Origin: an uncultured Spirochaetota bacterium
GTDB lineage: Bacteria > Spirochaetota > Spirochaetia > JAFGXN01
Length of the DNA: 64,000 nt
Assembly (NCBI GenBank): GCA_944388995.1
Contig: CALXKN010000004.1
Location: forward strand, 6,394 to 70,393
Direction: 5' to 3'
In this document: positions 18,956 to 28,427 of the stretch, piece by piece
How the letters are laid out: each line of letters starts with the position of its first letter
How positions within the stretch are numbered: the stretch's first letter is position 1
Notes under the pieces: generated by a model
What the model was told of the DNA's origin: nothing
The model's database searches: none
The model's input: only the letters and a program-made list of their open reading frames with translations
Made by a program: the position numbers and the translations under genes

Positions 18956-19592
18956 AAAAACGGCGGTGGGCGATTTCGCTGTTTCATGGAAATTGGCGGA
19001 AACGATTTCGGTTGAAACTTCTCGCCGGGTTTTGTGCTGTTATCAGGCTTTGAGAGAAAGTAAAAATCCTGTTTTGAAGCAAATCACAGATATCGTTCCG
19101 ACTTATTTATCCGTCACTGTTTATTTCAGAGAGGCCGGAAACGATGAAATTCAGAAGGCCGTTGCTTTGACGGATGAGTTTTTTTCCCGCTTGGATATGA
19201 ATTCTGCGGATAATGGAAAAGGTTCCGTCCTGACGGTTGAATTTCCGGTTGTTTATAACGGCGCGGATTTGGAGCGGGTTGCTGAAATCCACGGAATTTC
19301 CGTCGAAAGCGTCATTCGGCTTCACTGTTCGTCCGAATACCGCGTTGCCATGATCGGATTTAAACCGTATTTTCCGTATTTAATCGGATTGCCGGCTGAG
19401 TTGGAAACTCCGCGGTTGGATTCTCCGCGGCTGTCGGTTCCTGCCGGTTCCGTTGCCGTAGGCGGAGCGCAAACGGGAATTTATCCGGAGGTTTCGCCCG
19501 GCGGTTGGAATCTTCTCGGAGTAACTGATCCGGAATTGCTGAAACAGTTGCGCCCCGGCGATCGGGTTTTGTTTAAAGCTGTCAGTAAATAA
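18942..19592 (+). CDS. pxpB: 5-oxoprolinase subunit B (KipI / allophanate hydrolase subunit 1 family)
   Basis: GFKPYFPYLIGL...PRLSVPAGSVAVGGAQTGIYPEVSPGGWNLLG carboxyltransferase-domain signature; GGAGG RBS 7 nt upstream of ATG 18942. Confidence 0.7.
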   Translation: MFPFEKTAVGDFAVSWKLAETISVETSRRVLCCYQALRESKNPVLKQITDIVPTYLSVTVYFREAGNDEIQKAVALTDEFFSRLDMNSADNGKGSVLTVEFPVVYNGADLERVAEIHGISVESVIRLHCSSEYRVAMIGFKPYFPYLIGLPAELETPRLDSPRLSVPAGSVAVGGAQTGIYPEVSPGGWNLLGVTDPELLKQLRPGDRVLFKAVSK

Positions 19593-19604
19593 AAAGGAGA
19601 AAAA

Positions 19605-20324
19605 ATGGTTGTCAACTGCGATATCGGGGAGAGAGGAGTCAATCATCCGACAGATTTAAAGTTAATGACTCTTATTTCAACCGCCAATATTGCCTGCGGC
19701 GGGCACGCCGGAGATCGGGAAAGCGTCGACGCTTTTTGCGCATTGGCAGATAAGAATAACGTAACCGTTTCAGCGCATCTGTCCTATCCCGATAAAGAAA
19801 ATTTCGGGCGGATTTCCATGAAAATCGATCCGGAACGATTAGCGGATTCTCTTTCCGAACAATATGAATTGATGCCTCCGGCAGTAAAACGTATCAAATT
19901 TCACGGAGCGCTTTACAATGATGCTGTCGCCGAAGGCCGGCTTGCTTCTTTTTTGACAGAATGGATGAAACGGAATGCCGTCAATGAAGTCATTGCACCG
20001 AATGATTCTGCGTTGGCGGCGGCGGCACGGAACGCCGGAATTAAGGTTGAGGCGGAGGGCTTTGCCGAACGACGGTATATTTGGGATCCTCGGACGCGGC
20101 AGCTGACTTTGATGCCGCGCCGTTATCCGGAGGCGTCAATAAAAAATTTAAAGGAAGCGGTTGAACAATCCGTGCGGATGGTGCGTTCCGGAGAAGTGAC
20201 GGCATTTGTTGAAACCGGCGGGGAGTGGATTGAGCGTCTCTGTCCGATTGTTGTCGAAACGGTCTGCATTCATTCCGATTCTGTGATTGCTGTGGATTTG
20301 GCGGAATTGTTACGGAAATGCTGA
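19605..20324 (+). CDS. pxpA: 5-oxoprolinase subunit A (LamB/YcsF family)
   Basis: MVVNCDIGE...ISTANIACGGHAGD typical LamB/YcsF N-terminus; AAGGAG RBS. Confidence 0.75.
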   Translation: MVVNCDIGERGVNHPTDLKLMTLISTANIACGGHAGDRESVDAFCALADKNNVTVSAHLSYPDKENFGRISMKIDPERLADSLSEQYELMPPAVKRIKFHGALYNDAVAEGRLASFLTEWMKRNAVNEVIAPNDSALAAAARNAGIKVEAEGFAERRYIWDPRTRQLTLMPRRYPEASIKNLKEAVEQSVRMVRSGEVTAFVETGGEWIERLCPIVVETVCIHSDSVIAVDLAELLRKC

Positions 20325-21148
20325 AAGAAGTCGCACCCGGATTTTCCAGAAAAGTCTCCTTACCTGTTTACGGTCTGCAGGATCGCGGTATTGCTCCCGG
20401 GGGAGCGGCTGACCGGTTTTCGTTAGAGTGCGCGCTCTCTGTTTTGGGCGCCGGCGGAGATTCGTGGGAGGCCTATGAGTCGGTTGTGCCGGGACGGTGG
20501 GAGTGGGATGAGGATTCTTTTGCGGTTATGACCGGCGCTCCGTGCAAAAATGCTCTTCTGTGTCTGCCTTCCGGCGGAGCGGAACCGGTTGCGGAAGGAG
20601 TTCCGTTTTTTGCTCCTGCCGGTTCGCGGTTGAACTGCGGTGAACGGATAAAAGGGTTTCGGATTTATTTGACATCGGTGAAAAAAACGGAAATTCCTGA
20701 TCCGATCCGCCGCCGCCTGCTTCCGGTTGAAGAACGGTATGCCTGGGCGGAATTCGGCTGTATCCGTGTTGTTCGGGGACCGGAAGCCGCATTACTGAAG
20801 GATCCGTCGGTTTTCTGCCGTTCTTATTGGAAAATTTCAGTAAAATCTGATCACAGCGGATTGAGATTGGAAGGAATTGTACCGGAAACGGATTCGCTAA
20901 ACATGATTTCCGATGCGGTTGCCGATGGAACCGTTCAGTTGACGCCGCAAGGTCCGATTGTGTTGTTGCACTCACGGCAGACAGTCGGCGGGTATCCGCG
21001 GATTTACAACGTGATTTCGGCCGATGTTGATTTGCTGGCGCAATACATGCCGGGACAAATCATTCATTTCAGGGAAATTGATATCGGTGAAGCACGGCGC
21101 ATTAATGAAGAAAAAAAACTGTCGGCAGTTGCTTTTGAGACAGAATAA
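20318..21148 (+). CDS. pxpC: 5-oxoprolinase subunit C (KipA / allophanate hydrolase subunit 2 family)
   Basis: RQTVGGYPRIYNVISADVDLLAQ signature of KipA-type proteins. Confidence 0.7.
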   Translation: MLKEVAPGFSRKVSLPVYGLQDRGIAPGGAADRFSLECALSVLGAGGDSWEAYESVVPGRWEWDEDSFAVMTGAPCKNALLCLPSGGAEPVAEGVPFFAPAGSRLNCGERIKGFRIYLTSVKKTEIPDPIRRRLLPVEERYAWAEFGCIRVVRGPEAALLKDPSVFCRSYWKISVKSDHSGLRLEGIVPETDSLNMISDAVADGTVQLTPQGPIVLLHSRQTVGGYPRIYNVISADVDLLAQYMPGQIIHFREIDIGEARRINEEKKLSAVAFETE

Positions 21149-21157
21149 GGAGTTTAT

Positions 21158-21991
21158 ATGGATATTTGGTATGCAGACGGGAAATTCGTTCCGGAAGACG
21201 AGGCTTTTGTTTCGGCAAGAGATCTGGCTGTTTTGCGCGGATTCGGGGTGTTTGATTTTTTGAGAACCTATCACCGGAAACCGTTTTATTTGGAGGCGCA
21301 TATCGATCGCTTTTTCCGTTCGGCGGACGTGATCGGACTGAAAATTCCGATGAGCAAAAAAGAGACGGCCTCCGTGATCGAAGAGACGCTTTCGCGCAAT
21401 CCTCATCTTGAGGAGGCTAATATCCGGTTTGTCTTTACCGGCGGAAGCAGTCCCGACAATACTTTGCCGGCTGATAATGCCGGAAAATTTTACGTCATGG
21501 TCAGCCGTAAACAGGAGTGTCCTGCGTCGTGGTACAGCGACGGAGTGAAAACGATAACTGTTGATCAAAAACGCGCCTTTCCAGAGGCCAAGAGTATTGA
21601 TTACATTGCCGCAATTCAGGCGCAGCGCCAGGCAAAGAGTGTCGGCGCCGTTGAAGCGTTGTATACAGATGAAAAAAAGCGGGTTTTAGAAGCAACCACT
21701 TGTAATTTTTTTATTGTTAAAAACGGGAAATTGGTGACTCCCGGAGACGGAATCCTCCGCGGAATTACCAGAATGGCGTTACTGGAACTTTTAGACGGAA
21801 AGATTGATGTTGAAATCCGGGATATCAGTTTAAATGAGGCGCTTGATGCGGATGAAGCATTTATTACGGCTTCCAATAAGGAAATTGTTCCGGTTGTCAG
21901 AATCAATGACAGTGTTATCGGAGACGGAAAAGTCGGTAAAACTGTTAAACAGGTAACGGCTTGGTTCCGGGAAATGACGGACAGGTATTGA
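21158..21991 (+). CDS. class IV aminotransferase (D-amino-acid or branched-chain aminotransferase)
   Basis: FVSARDLAVLRGFGVFDFLRTY fold-type IV PLP aminotransferase N-terminus; about 277 aa; immediately upstream of alr. Confidence 0.7.
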   Translation: MDIWYADGKFVPEDEAFVSARDLAVLRGFGVFDFLRTYHRKPFYLEAHIDRFFRSADVIGLKIPMSKKETASVIEETLSRNPHLEEANIRFVFTGGSSPDNTLPADNAGKFYVMVSRKQECPASWYSDGVKTITVDQKRAFPEAKSIDYIAAIQAQRQAKSVGAVEALYTDEKKRVLEATTCNFFIVKNGKLVTPGDGILRGITRMALLELLDGKIDVEIRDISLNEALDADEAFITASNKEIVPVVRINDSVIGDGKVGKTVKQVTAWFREMTDRY

Positions 21992-21995
21992 TTTC

Positions 21996-23141
21996 ATGGA
22001 TTCCCGATTTTTCCCTCGCGCGGAAATCGATTTAAAGGCGCTTGCCGGCAATTACCGTCGGTTGAAAGCGTTGATGGCGCCGACGGCGCGGATGGCGGCG
22101 GTAATCAAAGCGGACGCATACGGTCACGGAGCCGTCAGGACGGCCCGGACGGCGTTAAACGAAGGCGCTTCCTTTTTGGTTGTTGCCCGGCCGGAAGAAG
22201 CGTTTGAACTGAGGGCGGCGGGCATCGGCGCGCCGGTTCTGCTTTTGGGTGCGCTGCCGCCGGAAAACGTGCGGGAAGCCGCCGAGGCCGGAATCACGTT
22301 GTCGGTCAACGGATTTGATGATGCGCATGAATTGAGCAGCCGGCTCGGCGGCGCTTCGGTGAAGGTTCACCTCAAAGTCGATACGGGCATGGGGCGGCTT
22401 GGGTTTTCTTTTAACGAATTCAGTGCTGATATTTCCGATGCGCTGCGAACGGTTCGTTCGGTTGCCTCGTTGCCGGGAGTGGAACTCGAAGGACTCTACA
22501 CTCACTTTGCTTCTGCTGATGCCGCCGAAGAAGAGACCGCTTTTTGCCTTACCCAATTTGACAGTTTTTCGCGGCTGATTCGGATTTTAGAAAAAGAGAA
22601 TCTGCGCCCGCCGATTTGTCACTGCGCCAACAGTGCGGCGACGCTGCGATTTCCTCAAATGCACCTCGATATGTGCCGCGTTGGCATTGTACAATACGGT
22701 TTGCGTCCGTCGGAATTTGTCGATGTCGCCGCACTCGGTTTCCGTCCTGTCATGACACTGCGTTCGCGAATCATTTATCTCAAAGAGGTTCCAGCCGGAT
22801 TTCCCGTCAGTTACGGTTCGGTGTGGAAAAGCCGGCGTCCGTCGCGGATTGCGACCGTAGCCGTCGGTTACGGTGACGGTTACCGCCGCTGTCTCTCCAA
22901 CTGCGGGGAGATGCTGCTGCGCGGCAAACGGGTGCCGGTTGTCGGACGGGTGTGCATGGATCTGACGATGATTGACGTCACCTCCGTTCCCGAAGCGGCC
23001 GTCGGGGACGAGGTGACCGTTTGGGGTGTTGAGGGAAGCGAAACGCTGTCGGCCGACGAAGTTGCGGCGGCGGCCGGCACCATCGGCTACGAAATGACAA
23101 CCGGATTAAACGTCCGCGTGCCGCGGATTTTCAAGGAGTGA
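21996..23141 (+). CDS. alr: alanine racemase
   Basis: AVIKADAYGHG (PLP-lysine motif) and overall Alr length. Confidence 0.85.
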   Translation: MDSRFFPRAEIDLKALAGNYRRLKALMAPTARMAAVIKADAYGHGAVRTARTALNEGASFLVVARPEEAFELRAAGIGAPVLLLGALPPENVREAAEAGITLSVNGFDDAHELSSRLGGASVKVHLKVDTGMGRLGFSFNEFSADISDALRTVRSVASLPGVELEGLYTHFASADAAEEETAFCLTQFDSFSRLIRILEKENLRPPICHCANSAATLRFPQMHLDMCRVGIVQYGLRPSEFVDVAALGFRPVMTLRSRIIYLKEVPAGFPVSYGSVWKSRRPSRIATVAVGYGDGYRRCLSNCGEMLLRGKRVPVVGRVCMDLTMIDVTSVPEAAVGDEVTVWGVEGSETLSADEVAAAAGTIGYEMTTGLNVRVPRIFKE

Positions 23142-23143
23142 GT

Positions 23144-23620
23144 TTGAAACGCGTTCTGTTTGTCTGTCTCGGAAACATTTGCCGTTCGCCTCTGGCACAG
23201 GCGCTTTTCGAAAAGGAAATCGAAGAGCGGGGATTGAGCCCGGCGGTTGTGGCCGACAGTTGCGGTTGTTCCGGCTGGCACAGCGGCGATTTGCCGGATC
23301 CCCGGATGAGGACGGAAGCGGCGCGCCACGGAATCGATTTGACCCACCGTGCGCGGAAAATCACAAACCGCGACGGCAGTGAATTCGATTATATCTTTGC
23401 AATGGATGAAGAGATTTATGACCGCCTTTCCGATGAATTGGGTGAAAAATACTGGAACAAAATCCGACTGTTTCGGGAGTGGGATCAACCCGATGCCGAC
23501 GGCAGCCGGGACGTACCGGATCCGTATTACGGCGGCAGAGAGGGGTTTGCAGCGGTTTATGACATTTGCGAACGAAACTGCCGCCTGATTGCCGACCGGC
23601 TTTTCCCGTGTAACGATTGA
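23144..23620 (+). CDS. low-molecular-weight protein-tyrosine phosphatase
   Basis: VLFVCLGNICRSPLAQA (CX5R P-loop) and DPYY motif; TTG 23144 (RBS AAGGAG) preferred over GTG 23138. Confidence 0.8.
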   Translation: MKRVLFVCLGNICRSPLAQALFEKEIEERGLSPAVVADSCGCSGWHSGDLPDPRMRTEAARHGIDLTHRARKITNRDGSEFDYIFAMDEEIYDRLSDELGEKYWNKIRLFREWDQPDADGSRDVPDPYYGGREGFAAVYDICERNCRLIADRLFPCND

Positions 23621-24639
23621 TCCGGAAAGGTGTTTTAAAAGAAAGAGGAACGGTTGTGTCTGACGAAAAAAAATTCGAAAAAGAGTGTGCGGTTTTAAAC
23701 GAAATCAAATCCGAGACGGCGAAGGTCATTGTCGGACAGGAGACGGTGATCGACCGTCTTCTGACGGCGCTGATTTGCGGCGGTCACGTTTTGCTTGAAG
23801 GCGTTCCCGGATTGGCAAAGACGCTGACGGTTTCCGTTCTGTCGCAGGTCATCGACGCCGACTTCAAACGGATTCAGTTTACGCCGGATTTGCTTCCCTC
23901 CGATTTGTTGGGTACCCTGATATACAATCCTCAGAAGGGGGCGTTTACAACCAAGAAGGGACCGGTTTTTGCCAACATCGTTTTGGCGGATGAAATCAAC
24001 CGCGCTCCGGCGAAGGTCCAGTCGGCTCTGCTGGAGTGTATGCAGGAGCGGCAGGTAACGCTCGGCGACGAAACCTTCCCGCTGCCGAAACCGTTTTTTG
24101 TTCTGGCGACACAGAATCCCATCGATCAGGAGGGAACCTATGCGCTTCCGGAGGCGCAGGTCGACCGTTTTTTCATGAAGCTGAATGTCACTTATCCCCG
24201 GCGGGACGAAGAGCTTCGGATTTTGGAGTCGATGAGTCTCAGCGAAATGCCGGCGGTGCGCCGCGGCGCGGTTTCCTCTCAGACGCTGCTCTCGTTTCAA
24301 ACCCTGCTTGACGAAGTTTATCTTGACGGCAAGCTGAAAGGATACATCGTCGACTTGATCCGGGCGACGCGCGATCCCGCTTCCGTCGGATTGGGAAAAC
24401 TGAAACCGCTGATCGCCTTCGGCGCTTCTCCCCGCGCCGTCATTGCGCTGGCGAAAGCTTCCAAGGCGACTGCCGTCTTAAACGGAAGAAATTGGGTCAA
24501 ACCGGAGGACATCGCCGCCGTCGCGCCGGACATTTTACGGCATCGAGTGATTCTCGGTTACGAAGCAATGGCCGAAGGAAAGACTTCGGATGCCGTCATT
24601 GACGAACTTCAAAAGGCGTGTCCCATTCCCGCATGTTAA
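23617..24639 (+). CDS. MoxR-family AAA+ ATPase
   Basis: Walker A LLEGVPGLAKT, Walker B VLADEINRA, about 330 aa. Confidence 0.85.
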   Translation: MIRKGVLKERGTVVSDEKKFEKECAVLNEIKSETAKVIVGQETVIDRLLTALICGGHVLLEGVPGLAKTLTVSVLSQVIDADFKRIQFTPDLLPSDLLGTLIYNPQKGAFTTKKGPVFANIVLADEINRAPAKVQSALLECMQERQVTLGDETFPLPKPFFVLATQNPIDQEGTYALPEAQVDRFFMKLNVTYPRRDEELRILESMSLSEMPAVRRGAVSSQTLLSFQTLLDEVYLDGKLKGYIVDLIRATRDPASVGLGKLKPLIAFGASPRAVIALAKASKATAVLNGRNWVKPEDIAAVAPDILRHRVILGYEAMAEGKTSDAVIDELQKACPIPAC

Positions 24640-25520
24640 ACGCCGATTTAAGAAAAAAAATTGAATATATTAAAATCATGACTCGCAAAAAGACCTCCGG
24701 CTCTTTTTCCGGAGGTTATTTGAGCGCTTTTCGCGGCCGCGGCATCGAATTCGAAGAGGTGCGCGAATACGCCGCAGGCGACGATTACCGCGCCATCGAT
24801 TGGAACGTGACCGCCAAAACCGGCAGGCCGCACATCAAGCGTTTTGCCGAAGAACGGGAGCTGACGCTTTTTTTTGCGGTCGACGTCTCCGCTTCGGCTG
24901 ATTTCGGCACGGGCGGAAAAACCAAAAAGGAAACAGCCGCCGAAATGGTCTGCGCTCTGGCGTTTGCCGCCGGACTGAACCGCGACCGCACCGGTCTTTT
25001 GCTTTTCAGCGACCGCAGCGAGCTGCGCGTGGCGCCGTCGAAAGGCGAGTGGCACTATTTGCGGCTGACAAGGGATCTGCTGGCGTTTGAGTGCCGGGAG
25101 AAGAAAACCTCGATTTCGGCCGCCTTAACCGATTTGGATGAAATCACCTCCAAACGGGCGGTGGTTTTTCTCTTTTCCGATTTTATTGATTCGGGATGGG
25201 AGAGGGCGCTGAAACAGACTGCAGTCAGACACGATTTGATTCCCGTCGTACTGAGGGATCCGGCGGAGTTGCGGCTGCCTTCCTGCGGACTGATGGAATT
25301 TGCCGACGGTGAGAGCGGCCAGACGGTGTTTGTTGACACGGCCTCGCCTGCCGTGCGCCGCCGCTACGAAGAAACCGCCGCCCGCCGCGACCGGGAACTG
25401 ATGAAGAAACTGAGGAAGTGCGGCGCCGATCCTCTGCTGATTGAGACCGACCGCGACTGGATTGATCCGTTGCGGCGGCTGTTTTTCGGAAGGGAACACC
25501 GCTTTCGGGAGGGTGTATGA
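24618..25520 (+). CDS. DUF58-domain protein (MoxR partner)
   Basis: GGYLSAFRGRGIEFEEVREYAAGDDYRAIDWNVTAK DUF58 signature. Start ambiguous (GTG 24618, ATG 24633 or ATG 24675). Confidence 0.7.
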   Translation: MSHSRMLNADLRKKIEYIKIMTRKKTSGSFSGGYLSAFRGRGIEFEEVREYAAGDDYRAIDWNVTAKTGRPHIKRFAEERELTLFFAVDVSASADFGTGGKTKKETAAEMVCALAFAAGLNRDRTGLLLFSDRSELRVAPSKGEWHYLRLTRDLLAFECREKKTSISAALTDLDEITSKRAVVFLFSDFIDSGWERALKQTAVRHDLIPVVLRDPAELRLPSCGLMEFADGESGQTVFVDTASPAVRRRYEETAARRDRELMKKLRKCGADPLLIETDRDWIDPLRRLFFGREHRFREGV

Positions 25521-26395
25521 AAATCGCAGTACGTTTGACAGCCTTTTTGCTGTTTGGTTTTCTTTCCTGCGCGCGCGGGGAACCGCTGCCGGATCTGCTT
25601 AAAACGTATCAGGTTCCGACGGGAACCTTCAGCGTTTCGGTTGACCGTTCTTCCGTTAATCCGGCGGAACGGCTGACAGTGAGCGCCGAAACGCGCCGCG
25701 AAGACGGAAAGCTTCCCGCTCTGACATGGAGCGGAGATCTGCCGCTGAGGCTTCTTGAGACTTACGAAGCGCCGGCGGAGACCGTCTACCGCTTCGACTC
25801 TGATGTGCCCGGCCGTTATGTTTTGCCGCGGCTGAAAGTGGCGTTTCCGGATGAACGGGAATTTTTCACCGACGAAATTCCGCTTACCGTTTTCAGTGAA
25901 ACGGAAGGCGGCGGGCTTCCCGCGGAAATCCTTCCGATTCAGGATGACGAAACCGATCTGTTTTTGATTCTGCTGAGTGTCTGTGCGGCCGTTTTTATTC
26001 TTCTGTTTGCGGTTTTGATTGCGCTTCTGGTGCGTTACCGGATTCTCAAAAAACGTTTAAAGGAGGCGGTTGACCTTCAGCCGCTGAATATACTGACAGC
26101 CTTAAAAGAGGCGGCCGCCAACCGTTTCGATACGCTGAAAACCGATCAGGCCGCCGTTCTGATCCTGCGGGCGGTGATGCTTTCGGTGAGTGACGGGGAG
26201 AAAATCGACGGGGTGATGGAACAATTCCCCGTCGGAACGCTCCGGAAACTGCGGGAAAAAACGGAGAAGTATCAGAAAATTGCCTTTGCGCAGACTCCCG
26301 TCACCAAAACCGAACTGACGGAGGATCTGAATTTTTTCATCGCATTTCAAAAAGAATGGATCCGGCTGAAAAATGAAGAGGCCGCGAAGAAATGA
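25517..26395 (+). CDS. hypothetical membrane protein of Bat operon
   Basis: Signal peptide plus internal TM (LFLILLSVCAAVFILLFAVLIALLV); conserved position between DUF58 and BatA. Confidence 0.5.
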   Translation: MKIAVRLTAFLLFGFLSCARGEPLPDLLKTYQVPTGTFSVSVDRSSVNPAERLTVSAETRREDGKLPALTWSGDLPLRLLETYEAPAETVYRFDSDVPGRYVLPRLKVAFPDEREFFTDEIPLTVFSETEGGGLPAEILPIQDDETDLFLILLSVCAAVFILLFAVLIALLVRYRILKKRLKEAVDLQPLNILTALKEAAANRFDTLKTDQAAVLILRAVMLSVSDGEKIDGVMEQFPVGTLRKLREKTEKYQKIAFAQTPVTKTELTEDLNFFIAFQKEWIRLKNEEAAKK

Positions 26396-27420
26396 GTTTT
26401 GCGTTTCCGTATGCGTTTCTTCTGCTGATTCCGCTCTGTTGCTACCCTGTTTTTGCTTTTTTTTGCAGAAAGCGGCGTCCTGAAACGGTTTTTTCATCGG
26501 TTTCGTTTTTCGGGGAAAAGCCGCCGGCGACCTTCCGGACGAAAACGGCCTTTATTCCGAAGCTGCTGTTTGCCGCGGCGCTGCTCTCCGGCATTGCCGC
26601 GGCCGCCGGACCTCAGAAAGTCACTGAAGCGGTGGAACGGCCCAAAGAAGGCATTGCCGTCGAGTTGGTATTCGACCGATCTTCGAGCATGGAAACGGTT
26701 TTATTGGAGAGTCTGCCTCCGCAAAAGCGGCTTGCGGCTGCCAAAGACGCGTTAAAGGCCTTTGTTTTCGGCGATGAAAAAGAAGGTCTGCCGGGACGTC
26801 CGAACGACTTGATCGGACTGATAGTCTTTGCCCGCTACGCCGACACCGTTTATCCGCTGTCGGTTTCGCACGAGGCGTTGCGGCCGATTATCGATTCGGT
26901 GGAAACACCGCTCGGCAGTGAGACGGAGGACGGAACCAATATCGGTGATGCGTTGGCGTTGGCGGCGGCGAGACTGAAAGCTTTTGATGAAGATGCGGAT
27001 TTTAAAATCGACAGCCGCGTGGTGGTTCTTCTGACCGACGGCGAAAACAACGTCGGAGAAAAAACGCCGCTTGAGGCAGCCGAATTGGCAAAAGAGTGGG
27101 GAATCCGCGTTTACTGCATCTTTTTCGGCGGACGCGGTTACATCGATTATTACGGACAAAAGTTTCCCGTTTTCAGTCATCCGGCCGGATTTCCCGATTT
27201 GACGGCCATCGCCGAGATGACCGGCGGACAGGCGTTTCGCGCCGACAGTACGGGTGAATTGCTGGAAATTTACAAGGAAATCGACCGGTTGGAAAAGACG
27301 GCTTTTGAAGTTTCTTCCCTGACTCGGACGGAAGAACGGTACCGGCCGTTTTTAACGGCGGCGGTGGCGCTTTTTTTTGTTTCGGCGGTTTCGGCTCTGA
27401 CGGTGTACGGAAGGAATTGA
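26392..27420 (+). CDS. batA: vWA-domain aerotolerance protein BatA
   Basis: N-terminal TMs, vWA MIDAS-like VELVFDRSSSM, C-terminal TM. Confidence 0.7.
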   Translation: MSFAFPYAFLLLIPLCCYPVFAFFCRKRRPETVFSSVSFFGEKPPATFRTKTAFIPKLLFAAALLSGIAAAAGPQKVTEAVERPKEGIAVELVFDRSSSMETVLLESLPPQKRLAAAKDALKAFVFGDEKEGLPGRPNDLIGLIVFARYADTVYPLSVSHEALRPIIDSVETPLGSETEDGTNIGDALALAAARLKAFDEDADFKIDSRVVVLLTDGENNVGEKTPLEAAELAKEWGIRVYCIFFGGRGYIDYYGQKFPVFSHPAGFPDLTAIAEMTGGQAFRADSTGELLEIYKEIDRLEKTAFEVSSLTRTEERYRPFLTAAVALFFVSAVSALTVYGRN

Positions 27421-28427
27421 TGCAGGAGTTGGTTTTTCTTTATCCCGAAGCGTTTTTTCTTTTATGGTTTCTGCCGTTTTTGATTGCGGCGGCGGCCGTT
27501 TCAGTTAAAAAACGGCGCCGTATCGAAAAAATTTACACCCGCCGCCGTCCCCGTTCCCGAAGAGCCCGCTTTTTTTCCCGGGCGGCTGCGTTCTGCGCGG
27601 CGGCGGCTTTGCCGCTTTGTGTGACGGCGGCAGCCGGTCCGGCCTGGGGAAAAGAGCTTCAGGCGGTGCAGACGGAGGGACGGGATGTGGTTTTTCTTGT
27701 CGACGTCTCTCAAAGTATGCTGGCGCGGGATTTGAATCCCAACCGGTTGGTTCAGGCTCAGACGGCCATTAAAGATACGATCGATCTGCTTGAAGGCGAC
27801 AGGGCGGCTTTGGTTGCGTTTGCCGGCAGTACCGTCGTTATGGCTCCTCTGACGACCGATTATGCGTTTCTGCGGCGGGCGGCGGACGAACTTTCGGTCA
27901 GTACGGTTGATCGCGGCGGAACGATGACAGGCGATGCGCTTCGCAAAACCATGCAGTTCATCTTTCCCGATTCGGAAGCCTCTGATGGTTACCGAGACAT
28001 CATTTTGATTACCGACGGCGAAGATCAGGGCAGTTTTCCGGTTCAGGCGGCCGAAGCGGCCGGAAAAAAAGGCATTCGGTTGATTTGCATCGGACTGGGA
28101 GACGAGGCGACCGGCACCCGTATTCCGGTTACCGATCCTTCGGGAACGGAGCGCTTTCTGATGTATAAAGGAAAGGAAGTTTGGAGCCGTCTCGATTCGA
28201 CAACTTTGAGAAAAATGGCGGCGGCAACTCCCGGCGGAAAATATTTGAATATCTCACGAGGCAGTTTTGATCTGGCATCGATTTATACCGAATTGGTGAA
28301 AGGCGCCGATCAACGTCGTTATGATTCGGGAGATTTTGAAGATTACAAAAACGAATATCGAATTTTTCTATTGCCGGCTTTGATTTTAATGACAGCAGCG
28401 CTTTTTTTACGGAGGGCGGCGGCATGA
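27417..28427 (+). CDS. batB: vWA-domain aerotolerance protein BatB
   Basis: VVFLVDVSQSM MIDAS motif, flanking TMs. Confidence 0.7.
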   Translation: MMQELVFLYPEAFFLLWFLPFLIAAAAVSVKKRRRIEKIYTRRRPRSRRARFFSRAAAFCAAAALPLCVTAAAGPAWGKELQAVQTEGRDVVFLVDVSQSMLARDLNPNRLVQAQTAIKDTIDLLEGDRAALVAFAGSTVVMAPLTTDYAFLRRAADELSVSTVDRGGTMTGDALRKTMQFIFPDSEASDGYRDIILITDGEDQGSFPVQAAEAAGKKGIRLICIGLGDEATGTRIPVTDPSGTERFLMYKGKEVWSRLDSTTLRKMAAATPGGKYLNISRGSFDLASIYTELVKGADQRRYDSGDFEDYKNEYRIFLLPALILMTAALFLRRAAA

